Source: Armatimonadota bacterium (GTDB lineage Bacteria; Armatimonadota; SYMT01). From it: a stretch of 64,000 nt of DNA. Made by a program: the position numbers and the translations under genes. The first letter of the stretch is position 1, and each line of letters opens with the position of its first letter. The stretch covers positions 211,161 through 275,160 of the forward strand of contig JAWLHY010000005.1 of the NCBI GenBank assembly GCA_041690135.1, given 5' to 3'. A model generated the notes under the pieces. The model had not been told where the DNA came from. It saw nothing but the letters and a program-made list of their open reading frames with translations, and did not search any database. This document shows positions 1 through 9,340 of the stretch, one piece after another.

Positions 1-1644
1 GGCCGCGAAGGAGCGCCCTACCCCACCCTCCGTCCGGATCACGCACGGGACCTTGATCTTACCGCCGAACTGGTAGCGATTGTAGGCGATGTTGTGGACG
101 AGCTGATTGCTGGCGATGGTGATGAAGTCGATGTACATGATCTCGGCGATGGGACGCATGTCGCGCATTGCCGCGCCGCAGGCCGCCCCGACCACCGCCG
201 CCTCGGAGATGGCCGTATCGATGACCCGGCGTCCGCCGAACTCCTGGAAGAGGCCGCGGGTCGCCCCGTAGGCCCCACCGTAGATCCCGATGTCTTCACC
301 GAGCAGGATGACCCGCTCGTCCCGCTTCATTTCTTCCCGGTGGGCTTCCTGGAGGGCTTCCACCATGGGGATGATGCGCATCCCGTGCTCCGTCACCAGG
401 GCGTCCGTTTCGGGCTTGCCGAGCCGCGGGAGCACGTTGGACGGATCGTCGCCCGCGGTTTCGCGGAACTTCGCATAGAAGGCGGTCTCGACCGGCTTGA
501 CCTTCTTCCAGAGCGCCTGCTCTGCCTCTACTTGCCGTTTCACCTCGGACGGGTCGGGATCGACATAGACGTTGTCGAACAACTCGGAAGGATCCGGGAA
601 GGGGCTCTCGAGCGCGAAACGCACCGATTCCTCGATGGTGGCCTTGGCCTTCGCGCGGAGGGCGTCGACCTCTTCCTGCGTGAACAGCTCGCTATCCGTC
701 AGCCGGCGAGCAAAGATCTCGATCGGGTCCCGCTCGCGCCACTGACGCTCTTCTTCGCGGGTGCGGTAGGCGCGGGCGTCGCTGAGGCTGTGGCCGTAGT
801 AGCGGTAAGTCTTACACTCCACCAGCGTCGGACCGCCGCCCGACCGGGCGCGCTCGACGGCTTCCTCAATGGCGGCCTTTACGGCGAGCACGTCCTGCCC
901 GTCCACGATGACGCCGGGCATCGGGTAGGCCGCGCCGCGGTCGGCGATGTGGGGGATCTTGGAAGCGGTGTGAAGGCCTTCCACGGAACTGGCGTTGAAC
1001 GGCACGGACATGCCGTATTGGTTGTTCTCGCAGATGTAGACAACCGGGAGGCCGTTGAAGAGCGCGGCGCCCATGTTCAGGGCCTCATGGAAGGCGCCGG
1101 TGTTGGTGGCCCCGTCGCCGAAGAAGCAGAGGACCACGCTATCCGAGCCCCGCAGGTGCTCGGCCAGAGCGGCCCCGGTGGCGACCGGCAGGTTACCGGC
1201 CACGATGCCGGTGGCGCCCAGGTTGCCCTTCTCCACGTCCGCAATGTGCATCGAGCCGCCGCGGCCTCGACAGTAGCCGGTGGAGCGCCCGAACAACTCC
1301 GCCATCATTGCGTTCCAGTGGTCCTGCCGCTCCTCTTCGGTGGCGGCCATCAGGTTGCCCATGGCGCCGCAGTGCCCGTGGCCCCGGTGCGTGCTGGCGA
1401 CGAAATCGCGCTGGGTGATGGCGGCGCAGGCCCCGGTGGGGACCGCTTCCTGCCCCGCCGACATGTGGGTGGCGCCGCGGAGCTTGCCTGCCCGGTACAT
1501 GTTGTAGAGGCCGTCCTCAAACTCCCGGATCTCGCACATCGTGCGGAGATAATCCGCCAGCTCCTCTCGCGTGTACTTGCCTTGCTTGACCTTCTCGGCC
1601 AGCGAGGCGCCGGACAACTGCTCCAGTTGCGAATCGGTAATCAT
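1..1644 (-). CDS. Fused E1 alpha/beta subunit of a TPP-dependent 2-oxoacid/acetoin dehydrogenase (3' end runs off the window)
   Basis: Absent from the ORF track because it has no stop in the window. Manual translation from ATG 1644: MITDSQLEQ...IREFEDGLYNMYRAGKLRGATHMSAGQEAV...GRGGSMH...FGDGA (alpha), continuing in frame into ALQEAHREEMKRDERVILLGEDIGIYGGAY...IDTAISEAA (beta). Confidence 0.88.
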   Translation of the reverse strand, partial: MITDSQLEQLSGASLAEKVKQGKYTREELADYLRTMCEIREFEDGLYNMYRAGKLRGATHMSAGQEAVPTGACAAITQRDFVASTHRGHGHCGAMGNLMAATEEERQDHWNAMMAELFGRSTGYCRGRGGSMHIADVEKGNLGATGIVAGNLPVATGAALAEHLRGSDSVVLCFFGDGATNTGAFHEALNMGAALFNGLPVVYICENNQYGMSVPFNASSVEGLHTASKIPHIADRGAAYPMPGVIVDGQDVLAVKAAIEEAVERARSGGGPTLVECKTYRYYGHSLSDARAYRTREEERQWRERDPIEIFARRLTDSELFTQEEVDALRAKAKATIEESVRFALESPFPDPSELFDNVYVDPDPSEVKRQVEAEQALWKKVKPVETAFYAKFRETAGDDPSNVLPRLGKPETDALVTEHGMRIIPMVEALQEAHREEMKRDERVILLGEDIGIYGGAYGATRGLFQEFGGRRVIDTAISEAAVVGAACGAAMRDMRPIAEIMYIDFITIASNQLVHNIAYNRYQFGGKIKVPCVIRTEGGVGRSFAA

Positions 1645-1757
1645 GAACTGCCTCGTTCGTCGGTGGCCCCACACCCTACCGGACAATGGTACGCACGGGA
1701 AGCCAGCCAAGGGAAAGAAACGACCGGTAAAAGGGTATCCTCCGTTTTTGGAATACG

Positions 1758-2513
1758 TCAACCCGACGACCGTTCGTTGCCCGTGATGCGGTGGTCGGCG
1801 CATGCTTCCATGTAAGTCAACTCCAGCTCAACCGGCACGACCTCACCGCCTCGCAAAAACAAGGGAAGACCCGGTATGGGCTCACCGACGCCGAATTCGC
1901 GGAGCCACAGCTCTACGTTCCAGACAGTGCGCGTGCCGGTGGGATGATAGGCGACGGCATACAGCGGGCGCCGGTCCGAAGGTGGGCGAACCTCTGGACC
2001 ACTATCTACGAAGCGGGAAAGCCACTCCGCGTGGAGCGAAGCCCGCCGTTCGGTGACGAGATCCGCCACCACCACCGAGATTCCCCGCTGAAGGTAGGCC
2101 TGAATTTTGGCAGCGAACGCATGGCGCGTCTCGGGACAGTCTTTGTTGCCGGGGCTGACCAGCTCAATCGCGCCTACCAACTCGTTGCCGCCAGGGCGCC
2201 AGACGATGCGGACTTCCATTTCCGGGAGGAAAACTCCCGGAACGGCTTCATCCGGGGGAGGCGGAACATACCCTGCCCTCTCTTCGCCTGAATGCGCCGG
2301 TGCAGCGTCATAGACTGCGCGGGGCTCCCGAAGCAAAACGGCCGCGTCCGCCTCTCCGTTCGGCGCCAGTGCCGCCCGTCCGAGCGCCATGTACTCGGGC
2401 GGAAGCGTGTGGAGATTCAGCCGCCGCACGAGGGCCGCAATCCAGGCGCTGTGGAGCGATTGCCAGGGGCACTGGACGCTGACTGGCGGTTGGAAGTGGT
2501 CGAGGACCGGCAT
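1758..2513 (-). CDS. DUF4058/Uma2-like PD-(D/E)XK-fold protein
   Basis: MPVLDHF..W.S.H..WI N-terminus and IELVSPGNKD motif resemble the DUF4058 family. Confidence 0.7.
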   Translation of the reverse strand: MPVLDHFQPPVSVQCPWQSLHSAWIAALVRRLNLHTLPPEYMALGRAALAPNGEADAAVLLREPRAVYDAAPAHSGEERAGYVPPPPDEAVPGVFLPEMEVRIVWRPGGNELVGAIELVSPGNKDCPETRHAFAAKIQAYLQRGISVVVADLVTERRASLHAEWLSRFVDSGPEVRPPSDRRPLYAVAYHPTGTRTVWNVELWLREFGVGEPIPGLPLFLRGGEVVPVELELTYMEACADHRITGNERSSG

Positions 2514-2539
2514 ACCGCTATTGTACCGGGGATGACATG

Positions 2540-2576
2540 AAAAGACCGGGCCGGGAGAGTTCTCCCGGCCCGGTCT
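2540..2576 (-). terminator. Intrinsic terminator downstream of the pdh operon
   Basis: AGACCGGGCCGGGAGA/TCTCCCGGCCCGGTCT inverted repeat followed by a T-run on the minus strand. Confidence 0.75.
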
Positions 2577-2648
2577 CGATTCCGTATCCCCCGCGTACGG
2601 GAGGGACTATCTGAACCAGGATGGTTGAGATAGTCCCATAGCGCGTTG

Positions 2649-2717
2649 CTCTGTCGCCCCTCCAGGGCTTTTCTGTGCCCGCGCGCGGGCACCCGTCTCT
2701 CTCCGCCCCTCCGGGCT
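2649..2717. repeat. REP-like element, GCCCCTCC(A/G)GGGCT family, copy 1
   Basis: CTCTGTCGCCCCTCCAGGGCT is identical to 21181-21201; ends in CGCCCCTCCGGGCT. Confidence 0.7.
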
Positions 2718-2730
2718 ACCGACCATTCTG

Positions 2731-3975
2731 TTAGCCGAACAGGCTGATGGGGCTTTGCAGGAGGCGCTTGACTTCCTGCATGAACTGGGCGCCCGTGTGG
2801 CCGTCCACCAGGCGGTGATCCACGCTGATGGTGAGGCTCATCTGCTTGCCCGGCACGACCTGGCCGTTGTCCACGATCGGCACTTCGCGGATGGTCCCCA
2901 CCGCCATGATGGCGGCTTCCGGCGGGTTGATGATCGCCTGGAACTGGGCGATGTCGAACATGCCCAGGTTGGAGACGGTGAACGTGCCGCCCGAGTACTC
3001 GCTGGGCTGAAGCTGACCCTTGCGGGCGCGCTCCGCCAACTGCCGGATCTCCGACCCCAGCGTGGAGAGGCTCTTGACGTGCGCGTCGCGAACGACCGGG
3101 ACGATCAGCCCTTCATCCAGGGCGACCGCCACCCCGACGCTGACCGTGTCGGGCAAGACGATCGCTTCGCCATCGAGCTGCGAGCCGAGCTGTGGGAACT
3201 TCAACAAGGCGAGGGCGCAGGCGCGCACCACCATGTCGTTGAAGCTGATCCGCCGATCTTCATCCACGCTGGCGTTGAACTCCTTGCGGAGCCGGAAGGC
3301 GGACCGCATATCCACCTCGATGGTGAGGTAGAAGTGCGGAATCGTCTGCTTACTCTGCTGAAGCCTTCGCGCGATGACCTTTCGCATCGTGCTCATCGGC
3401 CGGCGTTCCCCGGTAAGGGTGGACGGAACCGCGGCCGGAGGCGTGAAGGCGGGCGCCGCGGCCGGGCCTGCCGGGCGGCTGCGCAGGGCATCCTCCACGT
3501 CGGCCTCGATGATCCGACCGCCGGGGCCGGTGCCCCGGACCCCGCTGAGGTCGATGCCGTGCTCCGCGGCCACCTTACGGGCCAGGGGGCTGGCCTTGAC
3601 ACGGCCACCCGCCGGCGCGGTCGGCGCCACCGGAGTCGGTTCCGGCTGGACCACGGCACCCCCCGAGTTGTCGACGGGCTGCGGTTCCGGAGTCTTCTTC
3701 TTTTCTTCCGCCGGCTTGGGGGCGGGCGCCGCGCCGCCGTCCTGGCCGCCGACGATGGCAATCGTCGCGCCGACCTGGACGGTCTGCCCTTCCTTGACGA
3801 GGATCTCGGTCAGGTCCCCTTCTACCAGCGCGGGGATCTCGATCGTAGCCTTTTCGGTTTCGATTTCAGCGACGGTTTCGCCCAGGACGAGCTTGTCACC
3901 TGGCTTCTTGAGCCAGCGGAGGATGGTACCCTCCTCCATTGCGTCGCCCATCTTCGGCATCACCAATTCCGCCAT
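2731..3975 (-). CDS. pdhC: Pyruvate dehydrogenase E2, dihydrolipoamide acetyltransferase
   Basis: Lipoyl domain (ETEKAT), E3-binding ASPLARK..GTGPGGRI, catalytic DHRLVDG. Start taken at MAELVMPKMG (3975). Confidence 0.93.
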   Translation of the reverse strand: MAELVMPKMGDAMEEGTILRWLKKPGDKLVLGETVAEIETEKATIEIPALVEGDLTEILVKEGQTVQVGATIAIVGGQDGGAAPAPKPAEEKKKTPEPQPVDNSGGAVVQPEPTPVAPTAPAGGRVKASPLARKVAAEHGIDLSGVRGTGPGGRIIEADVEDALRSRPAGPAAAPAFTPPAAVPSTLTGERRPMSTMRKVIARRLQQSKQTIPHFYLTIEVDMRSAFRLRKEFNASVDEDRRISFNDMVVRACALALLKFPQLGSQLDGEAIVLPDTVSVGVAVALDEGLIVPVVRDAHVKSLSTLGSEIRQLAERARKGQLQPSEYSGGTFTVSNLGMFDIAQFQAIINPPEAAIMAVGTIREVPIVDNGQVVPGKQMSLTISVDHRLVDGHTGAQFMQEVKRLLQSPISLFG

Positions 3976-4996
3976 AGGTCGCTCTTCCTTCTTTTGCGCC
4001 ATTCCCTGAGTAGTCGACGTGCCGCGCCAGGGTGCGCCGCGCGGCTGCTACGATCTTTGCTTCATCCGGGGCCCAGATCTTCTCCAGGTTCCGGGCGTAC
4101 GGCATCGGGGTGTCCTCGCCGGTAAGGGTCTCGACCGGGGCATCCAACTCGTCGAAGACGAGCTTATAGATGCGCGAGGTGATCTCGGAAGCCGCGCTGC
4201 AGGTGGGGTTCTCTTCCGTGACGACCACGGCGCGGTGCGTCTTGGCGACGGAGGCGGCGAGCCGTTCCTCGTCCATCGGCACCAGCGAGCGGAGGTCGAG
4301 CACTTCCGCCTCGATCCCCTCTTCCGCGAGGGCTTCCGCCGCCCGGAGGCACATCTGCGACATGCGGGAGTAGCTCACCAGCGTGACGTGCTTCCCTTCG
4401 CGGCGAACGACGGCCTCGCCGATCGGCACCAGGCCTTCGTCTTCCGGCACTTCGCCCTTCAGGGTGTAAAGGCCGGCGTGCTCGAGGAAGATCACCGGGT
4501 TGGGATCGCGGATCGCCGACTTCAGCAGGCCGCGGGCATCCGCGGGGGTGGAGGGCAGCACCACCTTCATCCCCGGGTGGTACATGAACCAGGCTTCCAG
4601 CGAGTGGCTGTGCTGTGCCGCCAACTGCTCGCCCTTGCCGTTAGGGGCACGGACGACCATCGAGGTGGGCAACTGGCCGCCGGACATGTAGTAGTTCTTG
4701 GCCGCGTGGTTGATGATGGCATCCAGGGCACGAATGCTGAAGTTGATGGTCATGAACTCGACCACCGGCTTCAGGCCAAGCATCGCGGCCCCAACGGCGA
4801 GGGCAGTAAACCCTTCCTCGGAAATCGGGGTATCGATAACCCTCTTGGGCCCGAACCGGTCCAGAAGGCCTTCGGTCACCCGGAAGGTGCCCTGGTACTG
4901 CGCCACTTCTTCCCCGATGATAAAGACCTCGGGGTCGCGCTCCAGCTCTTCGGCCATCGCCTGGCGCAACGCTTCACGGAATGTAATAACAGGCAT
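3896..4996 (-). CDS. pdhB: Pyruvate dehydrogenase E1 beta subunit
   Basis: ITFREALRQAM, IDTPISE, AAQHSHS, DLRSLVP motifs; the C-terminal extension overlaps pdhC. Confidence 0.93.
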   Translation of the reverse strand: MPVITFREALRQAMAEELERDPEVFIIGEEVAQYQGTFRVTEGLLDRFGPKRVIDTPISEEGFTALAVGAAMLGLKPVVEFMTINFSIRALDAIINHAAKNYYMSGGQLPTSMVVRAPNGKGEQLAAQHSHSLEAWFMYHPGMKVVLPSTPADARGLLKSAIRDPNPVIFLEHAGLYTLKGEVPEDEGLVPIGEAVVRREGKHVTLVSYSRMSQMCLRAAEALAEEGIEAEVLDLRSLVPMDEERLAASVAKTHRAVVVTEENPTCSAASEITSRIYKLVFDELDAPVETLTGEDTPMPYARNLEKIWAPDEAKIVAAARRTLARHVDYSGNGAKEGRATYGGIGDAEDGRRNGGGYHPPLAQEAR

Positions 4997-5094
4997 TTGT
5001 TAACCGCTATCCAGTCTAAGCGGGCCCTGCCCCGCTGATACTACTCTTGACGCTGCAAGCCGCAGCGGCGGGGCCAACCACGCTTCGCGCCGTC

Positions 5095-6048
5095 CTAAGC
5101 CAGGATGTGCGCGTAAAGCTCCTCTTCGCCCGGGAGCGGGCTCTCCTCCGCGAAGCGAAGGCACTCTTCTACTTCGGCGTGGACTTCCTGATGGATCCGT
5201 TCCACGTCCTGTTCGGTGATGGCGCCCTGCTCCAGGAGCCACGCCTCGACCCGGCCGATCGGGTCCCGGGTCTTCCACTTCTCCACCTCTTCCGGGGTGC
5301 GGTACTTGGCGCCGTCCGCGGCCCCGTGGCCTCGGTAGCGGTAGGTCATCACCTCGAGGAGGGCGGGCTTGCTGGTCTCGCGCACCTGGGAGATCACGCG
5401 CTCGGCGACCTCGCGAACGGTGAAGAGGTCCATGCCGTCGACCCGCTCGCCGTGCATCTGGTATCCGGCCGCGCGCTTATACAGCTCCGGCTCGGAGGAA
5501 GAGCGGTCGACCGACGTCCCCATCGCGTACTGGTTGTTCTCGATGATGAAGACGATGGGCAGCTCCCAGAGGGCAGCCAGGTTCATTGTTTCGTGGAAGA
5601 GGCCGGTCTGGCAGGCGCCGTCGCCGAAGAAGCAGAGGCAAACCTTCTTCTCCTCGCGGTACTTCAAGCCAAACGCGAGGCCGGCACCCATTCCGATGCC
5701 GGCCCCCACGATTCCGGATCCTCCGTAGAACCCGTGCTCCTTGCTGAAAAGGTGCATCGAACCGCCCTTACCGCGGGAGCAACCGGTGACCTTGCCATAC
5801 AGCTCCGCCATCGCCTCGTTGATGCCGCCGCCGCAGGCGATGAAGTGCCCGTGATCCCGGTAGGAGTCGATCACCACGTCCCCTTTTTCGAGGACGGAGA
5901 TGAGCCCACAAGCCACCGCTTCCTGACCGATGTAGAGGTGCAGGTAGCCGCCGATCTTGTTCAACTTGTAGGCGATGTCGGACCGGTCTTCAAACCGGCG
6001 GATTACCAGCATCTGCCGGTAGATCCGAAGTACTTCGTTGGTGTCCAT
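5095..6048 (-). CDS. pdhA: Pyruvate dehydrogenase E1 alpha subunit
   Basis: GYLHLYIGQEA, YRDHGH, GKGGSMH, TPP motif GDGA..N, TYRYRGH. Start taken at MDTNEV (6048). Confidence 0.93.
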   Translation of the reverse strand: MDTNEVLRIYRQMLVIRRFEDRSDIAYKLNKIGGYLHLYIGQEAVACGLISVLEKGDVVIDSYRDHGHFIACGGGINEAMAELYGKVTGCSRGKGGSMHLFSKEHGFYGGSGIVGAGIGMGAGLAFGLKYREEKKVCLCFFGDGACQTGLFHETMNLAALWELPIVFIIENNQYAMGTSVDRSSSEPELYKRAAGYQMHGERVDGMDLFTVREVAERVISQVRETSKPALLEVMTYRYRGHGAADGAKYRTPEEVEKWKTRDPIGRVEAWLLEQGAITEQDVERIHQEVHAEVEECLRFAEESPLPGEEELYAHILA

Positions 6049-6321
6049 GCGATCCTTCAGGAACCCCTTCACGGGGAGATGCGTGCGCCGCCTCGCTCCC
6101 GTGGGTCCAGTCAGAGTGAGCCGTGCCACAGTCCGGCCCGGAGACCGGCGCGCGGGTCCCTCAACAGCCGGGTTCAAAATTACCGGCAGAATAATATCAG
6201 GTTCCCGCGCGAAACAGCGAAACTTCTGTGGTAAGCCGGTGCGCCCGTTGCGTACCACGCCAATCTTAAGTCTTTCCGAGCGCTGTCCCAACCCCTTGAG
6301 GGTGTTGGGAAATTCGATCAC

Positions 6322-6504
6322 GGGCAGTTGCACTGCCCGCAGGGCCTTCGTCCCGCAGTTGAACTGCGGGGGCCAATGGTGCAGCAGTCGTTCCGGATCA
6401 TCGATATCGCCAGTTCCGGCCCCTGGTCAGGAGCGGCGCAGTGCAACCCCTACGGGCCGTATGGCTGCGCTCGAAACGTTCCGGCTGCAGTGCAACTGCA
6501 GCCG
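6322..6504. repeat. Cluster of GCAGT-NNN-ACTGC palindromes
   Basis: GGGCAGT-TGC-ACTGCCC (6322-6338), CCCGCAGT-TGA-ACTGCGGG (6352-6370), CGGCTGCAGT-GCA-ACTGCAGCCG (6482-6504), and a partial copy at 6438. Confidence 0.7.
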
Positions 6505-6533
6505 ATCCTGCAGAATTCTTCAAAACCGCCCCC

Positions 6534-6992
6534 CTAGATTTCCAGGCGTTCGAAGCGGGTCTCTGTTGGGTTCAGTACGTCTCGCACCTTATCATAAGCC
6601 GCTTCCACCGCCCGCCGGCGCGCGTCCTGGGTGGTCCGTTCGGGGGTACCCGGCACGGTCAACTCCGGGCGCAGCTCGCTCATCCGCTCGTTGTAGGCCG
6701 CGTCAACCTCCGCCAGCCCCGCACCGGGCTTCACCTGGAGCAACTCGTAAGCCGCTTCCAGCGGATCGTGCTGACCGGCGGCGGTGGGCGCCGGCGGCTC
6801 CGGAAGTACGGTCGAGCCCGTGCGTGCGGTCGTGGTGGGCACGGTGCCGGGCTCTGGGCGCACCCGCAAAGCATCTGCCAGCTCCTGGTAGGCGTCGGCC
6901 TCCGCCAGCTTCTCTTCCAGGCTGCGGAGCTGGTCTCCCGCCATCACCCAGCGCCCCTTGACGATGCGCCATACACGTTCCGGAATACTCAT
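6534..6992 (-). CDS. Small protein with a C-terminal J-domain-like region
   Basis: AAYELLQV.PGA...EVDAAY....ELRPE...VEAAYDKV fits the DnaJ helix pattern; HPD is replaced by RPE. Confidence 0.6.
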   Translation of the reverse strand: MSIPERVWRIVKGRWVMAGDQLRSLEEKLAEADAYQELADALRVRPEPGTVPTTTARTGSTVLPEPPAPTAAGQHDPLEAAYELLQVKPGAGLAEVDAAYNERMSELRPELTVPGTPERTTQDARRRAVEAAYDKVRDVLNPTETRFERLEI

Positions 6993-7205
6993 AGTCTCAT
7001 CTCCCCCGCCCCATTATCACCGGGACGTGCATGGATGTCACGTTTCAGGCGGAGTGCGAAGTCCGTCGTGACAGGGCCGCCGTCCCTTCTCCCCGGATTG
7101 AAATCCGAGGCTGACCGAAGTACCGCCCAAGGGCACCCGGCGCGGACTGTTCGGTGCGGTCCCCCTTGAGATGATGAATCGTGTGTCGGGGTATCGAAAG
7201 TCCCC

Positions 7206-9059
7206 TTAGATGCGTTTGAAGCGCTTGAGGAGTTCCTGGAAGGAGACCTCGACGGCGATGGGACATCCGTGGGGGCAGGTGGCGGGGCTGCCGGCGCGGG
7301 CGAGATCTTCGAGGAGGCGGCGGATTTCGTCGAAGCCCATGCGGGCGCCCTTCTTGACGGCGGTTTTGCAGGCCGCGGCGGCGACGATCCGATCCGGGAG
7401 AGCGGCGCCCGCGTCGGGGGCGCCGGCCCGCTTTGCTTCGGCCAGTTCGTCCACTACCTGGCGCAGGGCACCGAGCTCCAGGCCGGGATGGATGAACTCG
7501 GGCACGCCGCGGATCACGAAGGCATCGCGGCCGAACGGTTCCAGCTCGTACCCCATCCGGGAGAGGACCGGCAGCATATCATCCACGGCGAGCGCGTCGC
7601 GGTGCGTCAACTGGATCGTGAGCGGCGACGGAAGCCGGCGGGCGACGGCCGTGCCGGTGCGCGAGGCCTCCAGGATGCGGTCGAATAGAACCCGCTCGTG
7701 CGCCAGGTGCTGGTCCACGATCACCAGACCGGTAGAGCCCTCGGCGAGGATGTAGCTGTTCCAGAGTTGCGCTACGGGACGCAGCGCGCCCACCCAGGTA
7801 GGCGTAACGGGTTCCAGGTCGGCCAGGGGCAACTGGGTAGCTTCCGGCGTGAGAGCCTGGGCCGGAAGCTCCGGGGAGGTCGTGGCGGATCCGGATACCG
7901 GAATTCCCGTTGACATTACCGGCGCCGCGCCGGGATCGGGTCCGGCAAACGGGTCATCCATATCCGAGGTGGGTGGCGGAGCCCCGGCCGGGGGCAGCCA
8001 GGAGCCGTGCTTCTGGTCTTCGGTCCGCAGCATGTGCTGGCGCGCGAGGCTCTCCGGCGGCGCCGTCCCGGTGCCCAGGGCCTGGCGGATGGCTTCGTGG
8101 ACGGCCCGGTGCACTTCCCAGTCCCGCAGGAAGCGCACCTCCGCTTTGGCGGGATGGACGTTCACATCGACCAGGGCCGGGTCGATGTCGAGGTGGAGGA
8201 CGGCGAACGGAAAGCGCCCGGGCCCCAGGGTGGCCCGGAAGGCTTCATCCAAGGCGTGGGACAGCGTCCGGTTGCGTACCCAGCGGCCGTTCACGAAGAA
8301 GTGCTGGGCACTGCGGGTGGGGCGGCTCACCGTGGGGCGAGAGACGTAGCCTTCCACGGCCAGCCCCGGACGGGCCAGGTTGACGGCGAGTAGCTCGCGG
8401 GCCAGGTCGTTCCCGTATAGCGTGGCGATGGTGTTGAGCGGGTCGGGGGAGCCGGGCGCGTGGATGATCTCGTCCCCCTCGGCGAGCAGGCGGAAGGCGA
8501 CCCCCGGGTGGCTGAGCGCCAGCCGGGTGATGACGTCGCAGATCTGGCCGAGCTCCGTGCGGGTGGTCTTCAGGAACTTAAGGCGGGCCGGGGTGTTGAA
8601 GAAGAGGTCGCGGACGGTGAGGACAGTGCCCTCCGCCGCACCGGCCGCCTCCAGTTCGCGGATCTCCCCCGCCTCCACTTCCAGGCGCACGCCTTCCAAC
8701 TCACCGCGGGCGCGGGTGACCACCGTGAGACGGGAGACGCTGGCGACACTCGGCAGGGCCTCACCGCGGAATCCAAGGGTGCGGACGACGGCCAGATCTT
8801 CGGCGTTGGTGATCTTACTGGTGGCGTGGCGCTGCAGGGCGAGGACCGCCTCCTGGGCGGTCATCCCGCAGCCGTTGTCCGTGATCCGCATCAGGGCCTG
8901 GCCGCCCTCTTCCACCTCCACCGTGACCCGGGTCGCCCCGGCGTCCAGGGCGTTCTCCACCAACTCCTTGACCACCGAAGCGGGACGCTCCACCACCTCG
9001 CCCGCGGCGATTTTACCGGCGACGTCTTCGTCCAGGATGCGGATGCGGCAATCGGGCAT
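7206..9059 (-). CDS. mutL: DNA mismatch repair endonuclease MutL
   Basis: IAAGEVVERPASVVKELVENALDAG, GFRGEAL, DQHLAHER, ACK, CPHG motifs. Confidence 0.97.
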   Translation of the reverse strand: MPDCRIRILDEDVAGKIAAGEVVERPASVVKELVENALDAGATRVTVEVEEGGQALMRITDNGCGMTAQEAVLALQRHATSKITNAEDLAVVRTLGFRGEALPSVASVSRLTVVTRARGELEGVRLEVEAGEIRELEAAGAAEGTVLTVRDLFFNTPARLKFLKTTRTELGQICDVITRLALSHPGVAFRLLAEGDEIIHAPGSPDPLNTIATLYGNDLARELLAVNLARPGLAVEGYVSRPTVSRPTRSAQHFFVNGRWVRNRTLSHALDEAFRATLGPGRFPFAVLHLDIDPALVDVNVHPAKAEVRFLRDWEVHRAVHEAIRQALGTGTAPPESLARQHMLRTEDQKHGSWLPPAGAPPPTSDMDDPFAGPDPGAAPVMSTGIPVSGSATTSPELPAQALTPEATQLPLADLEPVTPTWVGALRPVAQLWNSYILAEGSTGLVIVDQHLAHERVLFDRILEASRTGTAVARRLPSPLTIQLTHRDALAVDDMLPVLSRMGYELEPFGRDAFVIRGVPEFIHPGLELGALRQVVDELAEAKRAGAPDAGAALPDRIVAAAACKTAVKKGARMGFDEIRRLLEDLARAGSPATCPHGCPIAVEVSFQELLKRFKRI

Positions 9060-9090
9060 TCAGGTGTTCAGGCTTTCAGGTGTTCAGGCG
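9059..9090. repeat. Octamer tandem repeat (TTCAGGNN x4) abutting the mutL start codon
   Basis: ttcaggtg ttcaggct ttcaggtg ttcaggcg. Confidence 0.8.
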
Positions 9091-9133
9091 GGTGTGCGCT
9101 GAAGTGGATGCTGACGGATTTGTCGTCTGGGTC

Positions 9134-9292
9134 CGTAATGCATAATGCGCAAGGGAACCCCTGGTTACCCTGGCGTGGCAAGGGGATTTCGCCCTTCCAG
9201 CCCATAGCATCGTGCGTATCATACACCACCGGGCGGCCCCACCTGTAGTGGCCGCCGCGGTTCGAAATACGCATTACGCATTACGCATTACG
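9134..9292. repeat. Inverted pair of heptamer tracts enclosing about 115 nt
   Basis: cgtaatg cataatg cgcaagg (9134-9154) versus gcattac x3 (9271-9291). Confidence 0.7.
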
Positions 9293-9340
9293 ACAACCCC
9301 ACGAACGAGCGCCGCTCCTTAATTGCGAACGGCAATACTG

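Noticed and set aside
94-1815. 573-aa plus-strand ORF and similar long antisense ORFs (e.g. 40073-42289, 47034-48593, 60479-62074)
   Set aside because: They are shadow ORFs opposite well-supported genes, as expected in high-GC DNA, and carry no recognisable motifs.
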